Shown here in pieces: positions 20,811 through 30,917 of a stretch of DNA of 64,000 nt (within the stretch, counting starts at the first letter, position 1; each line of letters starts with the position of its first letter). Under the pieces are notes generated by a model. That model did not search any database. It was not told the origin of the DNA and saw only the letters and a list, made by a program, of their open reading frames with translations. Source of the DNA: Acidobacteriota bacterium (GTDB lineage Bacteria; Acidobacteriota; UBA890; WLXD01); contig CBDFKD010000002.1 in assembly GCA_965248695.1 (NCBI GenBank), positions 256,001 through 320,000 on the forward strand, given 5' to 3'. The translations under genes and the position numbers were made by a program.

Positions 20811-22214
20811 GAGTTATTTGCAAATGTTGTGGATCGGTGGATTTGTTCAGGCGGCGTCTTCGCTAGCGATCAGGTGAACTCCATCGACGAATGTGGCGCC
20901 CTCGAGTACGAGGGCAGTGAGGTGAGGAGCGTTGATGCGGCGCCATCGTTGCTGTGCCATCTCCAGGAGCTTGAATGCCATCGTCAGCGCCTTGGTGCGT
21001 GAGCCGGCGCCCTTGGTGACGCGTTGTCTCAGGCGTACGGTGGCGAACGCCGACTCGATCGGGTTGGCCGTGCGCAGATGAACCCAGTGGTCGGCGGGGA
21101 AGTCGTAGAACGTCAGCAGCTTGTCGGAGTCGCGTTGCAACGACGCCACGGCCTTGGAGTACTTGGCGCCGTAGTCGGCTGCGAACCGCGCCATGCCCTC
21201 CTGAGCATCCTCGCGCGTTGGCGCACCGATGATCTCGTGCAGCGCGCGCTTGGCTTTGGCCTGCAGCCGCCTCGGTAGCTTGTCGAGCACGTTGCCAAGC
21301 CGATGCACCCAGCATCGTTGCTCTCGAGTCTGGGGCCATACATCCCGCACCGCCGCCCAGAACCCCAGCGCCCCATCACCCACTGCCACGAGCGGCGCCC
21401 GCATGCCTCGACGCTTCAGCTCCCGGAGCACGAACGCCCAGCTCTCGGTGCTCTCTCGATACCCGTCCTCGACCGCGATGAGCTCCTTGGTTCCGTCCGG
21501 CAAAACGCCCAGGATCACCAGCGTGCACAGCCGATCATCCTCGAGTCGAATGTTGAAGTGCACACCGTCCGCCCACACGTATACGTACTGCTTGGTGGAC
21601 AGATCCAGCTTCCGGAATGCCTCGTACTCCGTGCTCCAGGCGTTCGTCAGCCGGCAGATCGCCGATGCCGACAGCCCGCTGGCTTCCTGTCCCAGTAAGA
21701 TCGGCAGCGCCTCCTTGAAGTCGCCCGTCGACAGGCCCCGCAGGTACAGCACCGGCAGCACCTCCGCCACCTTCGGCGAGCGCCGCATGTAGGGCGGCAG
21801 GATCCGACTGCTGAACCGCTGCCTCAGTCCCTGCTCGTCGAGCCGCTTGTCGTTGACCCGTGGCGCGGCTACTTGCACCGTCCCGCACCCCAACGTGATC
21901 TTGCGTGCGCGAGCCCGACCGTTGCGTACCACTTGCCGACGGCCGGCTTCATCCAGTTGCCCGGCGTGGCTCTGGATATACTCCTGAACCTCCCACTCCA
22001 GTGCTGTTGCCAGCATCTGCAGCGCGCCCTGCCGGGCGAGCTCATCGACGTCCAGTGTCAGCTGTCCTTCCTCCGCGTCCGATCCACCGATAATCTTGAG
22101 CACGAGTGGCGTCTCCTTCCCGGCCTCCACAGCCGGCTGCTGGTTGTTGATGATCCCAGCGAAGGTTACGCCGCCTTTCTTTTTCCTCCCATCCACAACT
22201 TCCGGTTATATCTC
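20811..22214 (-). mobile_element. IS256-family element, copy A (1404 bp)
   Basis: Imperfect TIRs GAGTTATTTGCAAATGTTGTGGAT / ATCCACAACTTCCGGTTATATCTC; 9-bp target duplication CGCCTGGGT (20802-20810, 22215-22223). Confidence 0.95.
20847..22196 (-). CDS. IS256-family (Mutator-type) DDE transposase
   Basis: LYLRGLSTGDF, VYVWADG, VGDGALGFW, QRCWVH, RTANPIES. Confidence 0.95.
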   Translation of the reverse strand: MDGRKKKGGVTFAGIINNQQPAVEAGKETPLVLKIIGGSDAEEGQLTLDVDELARQGALQMLATALEWEVQEYIQSHAGQLDEAGRRQVVRNGRARARKITLGCGTVQVAAPRVNDKRLDEQGLRQRFSSRILPPYMRRSPKVAEVLPVLYLRGLSTGDFKEALPILLGQEASGLSASAICRLTNAWSTEYEAFRKLDLSTKQYVYVWADGVHFNIRLEDDRLCTLVILGVLPDGTKELIAVEDGYRESTESWAFVLRELKRRGMRAPLVAVGDGALGFWAAVRDVWPQTREQRCWVHRLGNVLDKLPRRLQAKAKRALHEIIGAPTREDAQEGMARFAADYGAKYSKAVASLQRDSDKLLTFYDFPADHWVHLRTANPIESAFATVRLRQRVTKGAGSRTKALTMAFKLLEMAQQRWRRINAPHLTALVLEGATFVDGVHLIASEDAA

Positions 22215-22953
22215 CGCCTGGGTCTGGTTCTTGGCGAAATGCCAGAGCTTCTCCCCTTCGTCCATGATGCTGAGGGAGAAGGTGTCCTCGTTCATCCGTA
22301 GGCCCTCGATGACCGCGCCGTCGCTGCGCGTGACCCGCAGCGTCCACCAGCGCGGGGCGACCTCTTCGTCGGGGGCGAGCAGGTCGGTCTCGAGCTCTCC
22401 CGGGTCGCGGCGGTTGGCCACCGTCGACAGGTCGGGACCGAGCCGGCCGCGCTTGCCGTCGACCATGTGGCAGCTGGTGCAATTCCCCTTGTCGCCGAAG
22501 ATCTCCTCCCCGGCGCTGACGCTACCGGGCAGGTCGTAGTCGCCAGGGTCGAGGTTCAACGAATGGATGTACGCGATGACCTGCCAGACAGTCTGATCGG
22601 GGGCGGTCGGGCTGATCCCCATCATCGCGGTGCCATCGATGCCGTCGCGAACGACGGCAAAGAGCCCGGCGTCGGTGCTTGCGGTGACGAACGTGCCAGT
22701 GGTCAGGTCAGGTGCCCCGGTCTCGCCACCGCCAGTCCCGTCGAGCCCGTGGCATCGGCCACACTGCGCCTGGTACACGCGCCGGCCCATGCGAACATCG
22801 ACCGAAGTCGTAAGCACGTTTTCCTGGGCAGCTACCGGTAACGCCGCGGCAGCACTGATCAGCAGGCCACCGATGAGACCCTTCCCGATCGCTCCGATCA
22901 TCTGTGAGGACATGCCGGCATTCTGCCAACGGCGCGCTCGCGCGACAACCGGA

Positions 22954-23685
22954 CTAGCGGCACTCGTCGGACAGGCTCGACAGCGCCGTGACGTTGAGGG
23001 CGTCCCGATCACCGCGGATGAGAAACCCCTTCACCTCGACGCGGTGCCCCTCCAGATCATCCGGGCGCGGAAACACGTACAGGAGCTCGAACGCCGCCGC
23101 ACCGCGCAACGTCGTGATCGAGCCGGGCCGCGCCTCGCCGGTCGATGCATCGGGGTTCCGGGTGCGTGTGGGGCGGCTCGCGCGCGTGACGATCCAGGCA
23201 TCGTCCGGCCCTCGGGTCAGGCAACCGACCACCTGCACCAGCGAATGGTCGGGTACTTCCTGCGGACCCTCGGCGCCCTCCAGCAGAACCGTTGCGAGGT
23301 CGTCCAGGCGCAGATCTTCCGCTCCGCTCGGGAATCCGTTGGTGTGGAGGACGTAACTCAGGATGTCCAGGTAGACGCGGTCTCCGAGGCTTGCTGCGGC
23401 CTCAGGAGGCATGGTGCGGACGAAATCGAACAGCCCCGCGAGCGGCAGTCCGGTCCAGGCGCGCACAAAGCCCTCTCCGACCAACGCGTTGGCGCTGTCG
23501 CCCTGCAGGTCGACTCCATGGCAGGAGGAGCAGTCAGCCTCGTAGCCCGCCTGGCCGCGCTCGACCTGCGCCACGCTGAAGACCGCACTGCCCGCCGTCG
23601 CCCCATCCTGGGACGCAGCTGGCACAGCGAATGAGCCGATCACGAGACCGGCGGCCAGCGGAACGCGAATCAGAGACAGGCGCAT
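22954..23685 (-). CDS. Periplasmic monohaem cytochrome c domain protein
   Basis: Signal peptide, QVERGQAGYEADCSSCHG, TMPP axial Met region. Confidence 0.8.
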   Translation of the reverse strand: MRLSLIRVPLAAGLVIGSFAVPAASQDGATAGSAVFSVAQVERGQAGYEADCSSCHGVDLQGDSANALVGEGFVRAWTGLPLAGLFDFVRTMPPEAAASLGDRVYLDILSYVLHTNGFPSGAEDLRLDDLATVLLEGAEGPQEVPDHSLVQVVGCLTRGPDDAWIVTRASRPTRTRNPDASTGEARPGSITTLRGAAAFELLYVFPRPDDLEGHRVEVKGFLIRGDRDALNVTALSSLSDECR

Positions 23686-23747
23686 GCTTCTGAGGGTACG
23701 CTTCCGGACCGGTCACCGGACCGCCTCGGTGTGGAATCTTGCCGGAT

Positions 23748-26700
23748 CTAGAAGACGAACACGGCGTTCTCGCGTCGCAGCTGTAGAACGACGGCGTCCG
23801 GATCGACGACGAGCCGGTCGGGTTTGAAGTCGCAGCGGATCGTCACGCGGGCAGACTCTCCCGCCGCCAGCACCACGGTACTTCGCGCCTCGGCATAGAC
23901 CTCCGAGATCGTCGAAGCGCCCGGCGCGGCGGCCGTGTCGGCAGTCGGGTCGCCAGGTGGCGTGCCGGTGTCATCCGGGAAGCGCTCCCCCTGCGATGCG
24001 GCCACTTCGATCGACATCGATCCGGTGCCGATGTTCTCGACCGTCGCTGTGACCTCCCACGCCGTTCCGTCTCTGTGGACGCGTGCCTCCGAGAGCTGGT
24101 ATTCGGGCGCCACGACGTCGAAGAACCACTGCTGCACGAACACGTCGAACGCCTCGGCGTCGGGTGCCCGGGGTCGGAGGGTCGCCACCAGATCCTGAAG
24201 GCCTGGATGATCCGGGCTCGGGTTGTAGGTGGCAATGAACTCCTGCAACCCAGCGAGCATGTTGTCGCGTCCGATGAGGTTGAGCAGCATCCAGGCCACC
24301 CAGCCGCCCTTGTCGTAGGTGACCGTTGTGTCGCCGGCGCGACTGCCGTCGATCTTTACCAGCGGGCGCTCGGAATCTAACTGTCGCAGATCGCCGTAGC
24401 GCTCCTCGATGCGCTTGGCGAACTCGATGCGCGCCCCGACACCATCCACCGCTTCGCTCAGCAACATGGTGGAGAAGTGCGACATCCCCTCGGAGAGAAT
24501 GTTGCCGCCCGGTCCCCGCCCGGGCACCAGCAGGTTGGCCCACCACTGGTGCGCGGCCTCGTGGGCGGTCACCAGGAACGCTGTGCGGGCGCGCGGGTCG
24601 TTGCGGGTCAGGAACCCGATTCCCTCCGAGAAGGTGATGTTGGTCGGGAACCCCTGCGCGTACTGCGCCAGGTTGGGGAACTCGCTGAGCTTGAGCTCCT
24701 CCCAGGGATAGGGATAGAACCACTCCGAGTAGAACCGGCGCGACGCATCGAGGGCGGCGGCAATCTCGTCGATGTTGTAGGTGTGCTCCGGGTGGTAGAA
24801 GACGGCCGTTCCGTCGCCACGGCGAACGTCCCAGCGCCCGGCAACCACGTTGAAGAACGACACCGGGTAGTCGCTCTCCCAGACCACCTGCCGCAGACCA
24901 TCCGCAACCGACTCGCTCTTTAACGAACCCACCGAGTTGAGCGTGTATTCCTCAGGAGCAACGATCCGTATTCGGGTCGTGAACGGTGGTCCTCCGTTGC
25001 TGAACGCAGGCGGTGTTATGCCGTCGAAGTGATCGTCGGGATACTCGGGCGGTTCGTAGCTGTTGTCGTCATCGATGCCGATGCCCTCGACGAACCCCAC
25101 CGTGGGTACGAACGTGGGGCCAAGGCTACCGAGCACGATGCCGGCCGGCAGGACAAACTGAGCGGCTCCACCACCGCCCTTGGTGTAGCCGCGCGGCAGC
25201 GTGGCCTCGTAAGCGAAGCCGATTCGCACGCTGTCGCCCAGCTGCAGGGGCTGGCGCGGCGACAGCACGTGCAGCCCTTGACGGTCGTCCGACTCCGCCG
25301 CCGCCCCATCCACCGTCCAAGTCACCTCGCCCCAGTCCCCGACGGTCAACGGCACGCCGGTGAGCACCACCTCCAGTTGGTTCTGCAGGTCGTAGAAACC
25401 CTCGACGGTGAAGGCGCGTTCCGCCGGCCGCAGCGCAAGGTCGACATCGACATGGGTGACGTACGGCGTCGGCGCGTCCTTCCACGTCGTCAGGTTCTTG
25501 CGCCAGTAGTCCTTCTGTTGCTTCTCTGCTGCCTCGCCCTGGTAGCCGGCGTTCAGGCGGCTGTATAGCGGCAGACCGGTGACCAGCGGCAGAAGCAGGA
25601 ACGGCGAGAGGCTCAGCGTGCTCCACGCCAGCGCTTTGGGTCGCAGCCGATGGACGATGCGGTTGGCGTCGAACTCCTGGCGCCCGAAGAGCCGCACGGC
25701 AAGTGCTACGAACAGCACCGCCCAGCCGAGCACGTAGAGTCGGTTCAGCATCAACGGGTCGCGGTTGAGGCCGAGCGCCCCCATATCGCTCCACGACACA
25801 ACGCCCCAGGCCATCCAGTTCGTGACCCAGTTGAGCCCATCGCCACCGACGATCTTGTAGAGGGTGTAGAAGATCACCCCGATGCAGATCCCATAGGTGG
25901 TGTAGCGGCTCCGCGTGGCAGCGTACACCGCCATCACGAAGGCGCTCCACACCAGGAAGGTAGGCACCAGAATCAGGCCCCAAACAACGGCGAACGGGGC
26001 GAGCGACACGCTCACCGGGCTGTCGAAGAACAGCTGCTGAACGAGCAGGATCACGACGCACGCCACCAGGGCCGCGAGCAGAATAACGGCGCCGACCATG
26101 CTCGTCCCCACCGCTTTGCCCGCCAGAATCGCCCCCGTCGGCGTCGGCGTGGCGTAGTAGATGGCGGCGAGCCCAGTGCTGAACTCACGCTGCAACGACT
26201 CGACCATATAGAAGAGCAGGAGCGAGCAGACCATCAGCGTCAGCGCGTTCATCATGCTCACCGCCATCAGGCCCGGAGTGAGCAGCAGCGGCGCGTCGAA
26301 CGCACCCACGGTGACGACGTTGCCGGTCGCCTGCAGAATCACCAACGGTACGAACAGGTACATGCCCGGCCGGGTCAGCAACTCCCACAGCTCGGCTCGC
26401 GCCACCGTCCAAGCCGCGCGGATGAACCCGAGCGGCAAAGTGCTCATGCGCAGTGCCGCCAGGGGAAGTGGTCGCAACGTGCCGATTGTCTCGGGCGCAG
26501 CTGTCGACGCGTCCGCATGATGCCGCGCACGCCGCTTCGCCGCGCCTGGTAGCCAGACACCTATCGCATCGACCACGGACCGCACACGGCTCGTCTGCGC
26601 CGCACCGCGCAGCGTCGCCCCGAATCTCCGCTGGCTGTACCAAACCGCCATCAAGCCAATCGCCATCAGCGCCACCCTGCTGATCAGAAAGCCGCCATCG

Positions 26701-27455
26701 AACCCGATCGGTTCGGCGTTGTAGAACGCCACGCCGCGGTCGACCTTCAACCAGGTCTCGTTCAGCCAGCGGAATCCTGATGGGTCGATCAGCATCAGCA
26801 GTCGGTTGATCGACGGGCTCAGCCATGTGGGCGTCCAGCTCACGAGGAACCCGAGCGTCCCGAGCATCACGGCCAAGGGCAATACGAACACGAGGATCGG
26901 ACGCCGCGTGCGCTCGCCTATCGCGAACGCGGTGCCGGCGAGAAACACGATCATCGGCAAACCGAAAACCAGCGCCGGAACGAGATAGTTGGCCACCTGC
27001 AGCGGCCCGATGTACTCCTGCGTGGCGGCGTCCGCCAGCGCGTGATTGAAGAACATCGACATCGCCATGTGCAGCCCGAGCACCGCCGCGAAGCTGCCGA
27101 GGACGGCGAGGAACTTCCCCCAGATGTACTCCGCCGGCGACAACAAGGTTCCATGCAGCAGTTCGCCGATCTTGTCCTCCTCGTCACGGATCACCGTCAT
27201 ACCGGCGGCGATTGCCAGGAAGAAGCCATAGAGAGCCAGAACGTTGACCCCGATGACCTGGGCAACGGCGAACTGCGACGTGATGTGGGCCTCGGTGCCG
27301 CCGACGGTCGAATTTCCGGAGCCGATTCGCACGTTGCCGTTCGACAGACCCCAGGTCAGCAGGGCCAGGACGACAACGAGCACCCAGAACAGCGGCCGAC
27401 GGGCGTTGTGCACTGCGTCGCGACGAAGCACCTGCCACATACGAGAGAAGCTCAT
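23748..27455 (-). CDS. ABC-2-type double permease fused to M1-family (gluzincin) aminopeptidase
   Basis: Two multi-TM halves followed by YAQGFP, HEAAHQWW...SEG (HExxH + E) and YDKG. Confidence 0.85.
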   Translation of the reverse strand: MSFSRMWQVLRRDAVHNARRPLFWVLVVVLALLTWGLSNGNVRIGSGNSTVGGTEAHITSQFAVAQVIGVNVLALYGFFLAIAAGMTVIRDEEDKIGELLHGTLLSPAEYIWGKFLAVLGSFAAVLGLHMAMSMFFNHALADAATQEYIGPLQVANYLVPALVFGLPMIVFLAGTAFAIGERTRRPILVFVLPLAVMLGTLGFLVSWTPTWLSPSINRLLMLIDPSGFRWLNETWLKVDRGVAFYNAEPIGFDGGFLISRVALMAIGLMAVWYSQRRFGATLRGAAQTSRVRSVVDAIGVWLPGAAKRRARHHADASTAAPETIGTLRPLPLAALRMSTLPLGFIRAAWTVARAELWELLTRPGMYLFVPLVILQATGNVVTVGAFDAPLLLTPGLMAVSMMNALTLMVCSLLLFYMVESLQREFSTGLAAIYYATPTPTGAILAGKAVGTSMVGAVILLAALVACVVILLVQQLFFDSPVSVSLAPFAVVWGLILVPTFLVWSAFVMAVYAATRSRYTTYGICIGVIFYTLYKIVGGDGLNWVTNWMAWGVVSWSDMGALGLNRDPLMLNRLYVLGWAVLFVALAVRLFGRQEFDANRIVHRLRPKALAWSTLSLSPFLLLPLVTGLPLYSRLNAGYQGEAAEKQQKDYWRKNLTTWKDAPTPYVTHVDVDLALRPAERAFTVEGFYDLQNQLEVVLTGVPLTVGDWGEVTWTVDGAAAESDDRQGLHVLSPRQPLQLGDSVRIGFAYEATLPRGYTKGGGGAAQFVLPAGIVLGSLGPTFVPTVGFVEGIGIDDDNSYEPPEYPDDHFDGITPPAFSNGGPPFTTRIRIVAPEEYTLNSVGSLKSESVADGLRQVVWESDYPVSFFNVVAGRWDVRRGDGTAVFYHPEHTYNIDEIAAALDASRRFYSEWFYPYPWEELKLSEFPNLAQYAQGFPTNITFSEGIGFLTRNDPRARTAFLVTAHEAAHQWWANLLVPGRGPGGNILSEGMSHFSTMLLSEAVDGVGARIEFAKRIEERYGDLRQLDSERPLVKIDGSRAGDTTVTYDKGGWVAWMLLNLIGRDNMLAGLQEFIATYNPSPDHPGLQDLVATLRPRAPDAEAFDVFVQQWFFDVVAPEYQLSEARVHRDGTAWEVTATVENIGTGSMSIEVAASQGERFPDDTGTPPGDPTADTAAAPGASTISEVYAEARSTVVLAAGESARVTIRCDFKPDRLVVDPDAVVLQLRRENAVFVF

Positions 27456-28342
27456 GCCGCCCCCCTCACCGCCTCATCCGTCTGCATCAGCGTCAGGTAG
27501 GCATCCTCCAGGGTTGGCGGCACCGACTCGAACCCGGCAGGTGGGGCGCCTTCAGGCACGTGCACGCGCACCCGGTTGCGACCTTCGAACAGGATTGCCT
27601 GGGTGACTCGATGGTCGCGATCGATGAGCTCGAGCTCATCGGCAGTGGCGGTGCCTTCGAAGATCGTTCCTTCGATCGCCGCGCGCGCCTCGGCCGGAGT
27701 CGTCGTGGCAACCAGGGAGCCTCCACGAATCACCGCAAACCGCGGACAGAGCACCGCGACGTCCTCGACGATGTGGGTGGAAAGCACGACGGTACGCTCC
27801 TCGGCGAGCTCGGCAAGCAGCCGGTAGAAGCGCAGGCGCTCCTCCGGATCGAGCCCCGCCGTGGGCTCGTCGACGATGATCAGCTTGGGGTCGCCGGCGA
27901 GCGCCTGGGCGATGCCGAGCCGCTGGCGCATGCCCCCGGAGTAGGCCTTCAGCTTGCGGCGCCCGGCCGACGCCAGATTGACGCGCTCCAGCAGCTCAGC
28001 AGCGAGCTTCTTGAGCCCGCCGGGCGCCTCGACGCCCTTGAGCTTGAGCAGGTAGATGAGCATCGCCTGGCCGCTCATGTGGGGCGGAAAGCCGAAGTCC
28101 TGCGGCAGGTAGCCGAGTTGCCGCCAGATGGTCTGCGGATCGGCGAGCAGGTCCTCACCATTGAACGACACCTCGCCGGAGGTCGGCTCCAGTAGGCCGG
28201 CGACGATCCGCATGAGGGTCGTCTTGCCGGCGCCATTAGGGCCGAGCAGCCCGAACATGCCGGCCGGCACGTCGAGATTCACGCCCTGCAGTGCGGGTAC
28301 CGGCCCCGGATAGACCTTCACCAGATTGCGGATCTTCAGCAT
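27452..28342 (-). CDS. ABC transporter ATP-binding protein
   Basis: GPNGAGKT, YSGGMRQR, IIVDEPT, STH. Confidence 0.95.
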   Translation of the reverse strand: MLKIRNLVKVYPGPVPALQGVNLDVPAGMFGLLGPNGAGKTTLMRIVAGLLEPTSGEVSFNGEDLLADPQTIWRQLGYLPQDFGFPPHMSGQAMLIYLLKLKGVEAPGGLKKLAAELLERVNLASAGRRKLKAYSGGMRQRLGIAQALAGDPKLIIVDEPTAGLDPEERLRFYRLLAELAEERTVVLSTHIVEDVAVLCPRFAVIRGGSLVATTTPAEARAAIEGTIFEGTATADELELIDRDHRVTQAILFEGRNRVRVHVPEGAPPAGFESVPPTLEDAYLTLMQTDEAVRGAA

Positions 28343-28352
28343 GTCTTGGTCC

Positions 28353-28583
28353 TCATTCCTCGTTGTCTTCTTGATCGTCGGGGGCTCGATACTCGAGTAG
28401 GTCGGCGGGCTGGCACTCCAGCGCCTGGCAGATGGCTGACAGCGTGGAGAAGCGCACCGCTCGTGCCTTGCCGGTCTTCAAGATCGAGAGGTTCTGTGCC
28501 GTGATGCCGATGGTCTCGGCCAGGTCCTTCAGACGAACCTTGCGCCGAGCCAGCGCGACGTCCAGATTGACGATGATCGGCAT
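28353..28583 (-). CDS. Cro/C1-type HTH regulator (YozG-like)
   Basis: MPIIVNLDV...NLSILKTGKARAVRFSTL..IC..LECQPADLLEY. Confidence 0.9.
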   Translation of the reverse strand: MPIIVNLDVALARRKVRLKDLAETIGITAQNLSILKTGKARAVRFSTLSAICQALECQPADLLEYRAPDDQEDNEE

Positions 28584-28591
28584 GGATGGGT

Positions 28592-29161
28592 TCAGATGGT
28601 GAGGTCGGCGTCGACGGAGATATCGCAAGCGATGCTCATCACGTGACCGATCACGATGTTCGCCACACCGGCAAGTAGCAGCGACGGATCGAGCTTGAGC
28701 TCCCAGATCGACAAGCCCCACCCGAGCCGAGCTGCCACAATGCCGGTCGCCAAACTGAAGATCGGACCGAACACTCCCAACACGACCATCAGCTGACCGG
28801 CGCGGCGAATTCGCATGGCGTTGTCAGCCGTCAGGATCGTGCCGCGCTCGTACAGGGCGAGCAGCCGCTCGTACTGATACAGAATCGCTCCGACGACCGC
28901 GAGGCCGGGACAGACGAGTACGAGCAGCAGAATCACGTCCGGAGCCTCGACATCCTCGATCGGAACTCTGGTGCCGGTGAAGTCGACGTGCGCCGTACCG
29001 ATGTCCAGCCCGAGCGCCAGGGCTACGGCCACCCCCAGCAATACGACCGCCAGTAGCCCGATCGCGCCCAGCAACGCCCATCGCAACCGGCGGCTCAGGG
29101 TAGTAATGCTCACGAGTCGCGGGTCTCCGTCGCTGCGGAACTCATCCAGTTGCATCTTCAC
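28592..29161 (-). CDS. DUF2975-like membrane protein
   Basis: Four hydrophobic segments ending ADLTI; canonical pairing upstream of a YozG-like HTH gene. Confidence 0.75.
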   Translation of the reverse strand: MKMQLDEFRSDGDPRLVSITTLSRRLRWALLGAIGLLAVVLLGVAVALALGLDIGTAHVDFTGTRVPIEDVEAPDVILLLVLVCPGLAVVGAILYQYERLLALYERGTILTADNAMRIRRAGQLMVVLGVFGPIFSLATGIVAARLGWGLSIWELKLDPSLLLAGVANIVIGHVMSIACDISVDADLTI

Positions 29162-29226
29162 GCCTCGCGCGGAGATGGCGCGGCACCGGCTGGCGACACG
29201 ATCCCATCTCGACAGTCAGTGATTAG

Positions 29227-29243
29227 TTATCGATAAACAATAA
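29227..29243. promoter_or_regulatory. Putative operator for the DUF2975/HTH operon
   Basis: TTATCGATAAACAATAA, containing the palindrome TTATCGATAA, in an AT-rich patch upstream of the operon. Confidence 0.45.
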
Positions 29244-29288
29244 CTATCCATTGAACTTCAATAAGTCAAGCGAGGGTGACTGAGACGA

Positions 29289-30917
29289 CTATCGAATTCT
29301 CTGGAACGCGACGTTGTTGTCCTCGACGCTCTCCTCGAGCTTGCCGTTCGGATCGACCACGACGAGCAGGAACTTGTCCGACACCGGCACAGTGGTCGCG
29401 CCGGAAAGCGTAACGACCTTGCGGCCGTACGCGCCCAGCTTTCCGGCTTTGGCTTTGCTGATCAGGACGTCGCGGCTCTTGTGGAAGACGCTGTCGGCGG
29501 ACAGATACGCCGCCACTTCGACCTGCTTGCGAGCCCGGTGCGGGCTGGTGTTGATGACCTCCACCTCGACGGTCAGGTCGATCCGGCGCGCGCCAGACCG
29601 TGCCGCGGACTGCACGCTGCCGACCTGCGAGACGATCTCCGGCAGCATCGGCCCGACCGGCATCATGTCGCGCACCAGCGCAGCCGATGCCGTGCTGCGG
29701 GCGATGCCTTCGGCCAGAAGGATCACATCGATCGCTTCGATGTCCCCGGGAACGAGGTTCTGCAGCATCATCGTGAACGCGATCTGCGCCCCCGTCTCGC
29801 GTGAGTGCATGTAGGCAGTCCAGTTCAGGACGTTCGTACCGAAGCTGCCGCCCTTGCGCCCGTAGCGGCTGAAGACGGCAGAGAAGTTCGGTAGCTCCAG
29901 AACCGACTCGAGGTGCCGCCGTACGACCGCATCAACGTCGTCAGCCAACAGATCGCCGGAGAGCAACCGGGTCATCAAGTTCACATACGTTCGGCTCGTC
30001 GAGCGACTGAAATGCGACTGCGTCAGAGCCGTCACCTCTTCGTCACTGGTACCGAACACCGGGGCGCAGCCAGCAGGTGCCCGTTTCCAGGGAGGCGCGA
30101 AGCAGCGCACCTTGCGCAGCCGGTTCATGTACCGCTTCTTGTGCATGTCGTCGAAGACACTCGCGACCTCGTTGTGGTAGCCGCCCACGTCGTTGCCGCT
30201 GTAGTCGGCCAACATGCGCGGGCCAATGTCTTCCTCGTCCGGGTTCGCAACCCACGTGTTGAAGAAAGCATTTATGGGTCGAGGGCGATCGTGATGCCCG
30301 GCGGTGTTGACGTAGGTATCGACGACCTCCTGGATCGCAGCGTCACCGAGCTCGGAGATGAACCAGTCGGGAGCAGCGTTGTCGCTGAAGGCGATCATCT
30401 GGCGAGCGATCTGATCCGGCGTCACCTTGGACGGCCGACCCAGGTCCTCCCACGCCACCGCCAGCGCTCCCCCGTCAAGCGAGCTCCAGAAGCGCGCCCA
30501 AGTGTCACGCGGCATGAGCTTGTGGGGAATGATCGTGCTCCGAGCCGAGCGGTCGGACGAAGCGACGCGACCATTGGCGACGGCCTCCGCGTAGCCAATC
30601 AGTACCAGGGTCTTGAGGGTGGATGCAGTCGCCTGCAGACGGTCGGCGTTGAAATGACGCTCCCAGCCGTCACTGAGGTGGTTCACCGAAAGCGCGCACT
30701 TATCACTGTTGGACAGACAGAAGTCGATGGTCGCGGCAACCGTGCGACGCCCTGCCCCGGCTTTGGCAATCGTCGGAGCCGCCGCGACGACCTGTCCGCG
30801 GATCGGCAGGGTGACCGAGCGAGCGGCGGTCGGCAGCTGCGACGCACCGTCAGCGGATGCGCCGGCAACGCCGCATGTCAGCACCAGAGCAATCGCTGGA
30901 AGCGCCGAACTTCTCAT
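29289..30917 (-). CDS. Secreted serine hydrolase of class A beta-lactamase fold with C-terminal CARDB-like domain
   Basis: Signal peptide, ASTLK (SxxK), SDN, RKGG; C-terminal VVVDPNGKLEESVEDNN. Confidence 0.7.
   Translation of the reverse strand: MRSSALPAIALVLTCGVAGASADGASQLPTAARSVTLPIRGQVVAAAPTIAKAGAGRRTVAATIDFCLSNSDKCALSVNHLSDGWERHFNADRLQATASTLKTLVLIGYAEAVANGRVASSDRSARSTIIPHKLMPRDTWARFWSSLDGGALAVAWEDLGRPSKVTPDQIARQMIAFSDNAAPDWFISELGDAAIQEVVDTYVNTAGHHDRPRPINAFFNTWVANPDEEDIGPRMLADYSGNDVGGYHNEVASVFDDMHKKRYMNRLRKVRCFAPPWKRAPAGCAPVFGTSDEEVTALTQSHFSRSTSRTYVNLMTRLLSGDLLADDVDAVVRRHLESVLELPNFSAVFSRYGRKGGSFGTNVLNWTAYMHSRETGAQIAFTMMLQNLVPGDIEAIDVILLAEGIARSTASAALVRDMMPVGPMLPEIVSQVGSVQSAARSGARRIDLTVEVEVINTSPHRARKQVEVAAYLSADSVFHKSRDVLISKAKAGKLGAYGRKVVTLSGATTVPVSDKFLLVVVDPNGKLEESVEDNNVAFQRIR

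Larger units (their letters stand above)
20688..22913 (-). pseudogene. Dihaem cytochrome c gene interrupted by IS256
   Basis: 5' part 22215..22913 has CGRCH and CTSCH. 3' part 20688..20810 reads TQASERTKTSSMPSYADSLTADEVDDLVAYLFSLRKGRSS*, in frame once the IS and one target copy are removed. Confidence 0.85.
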
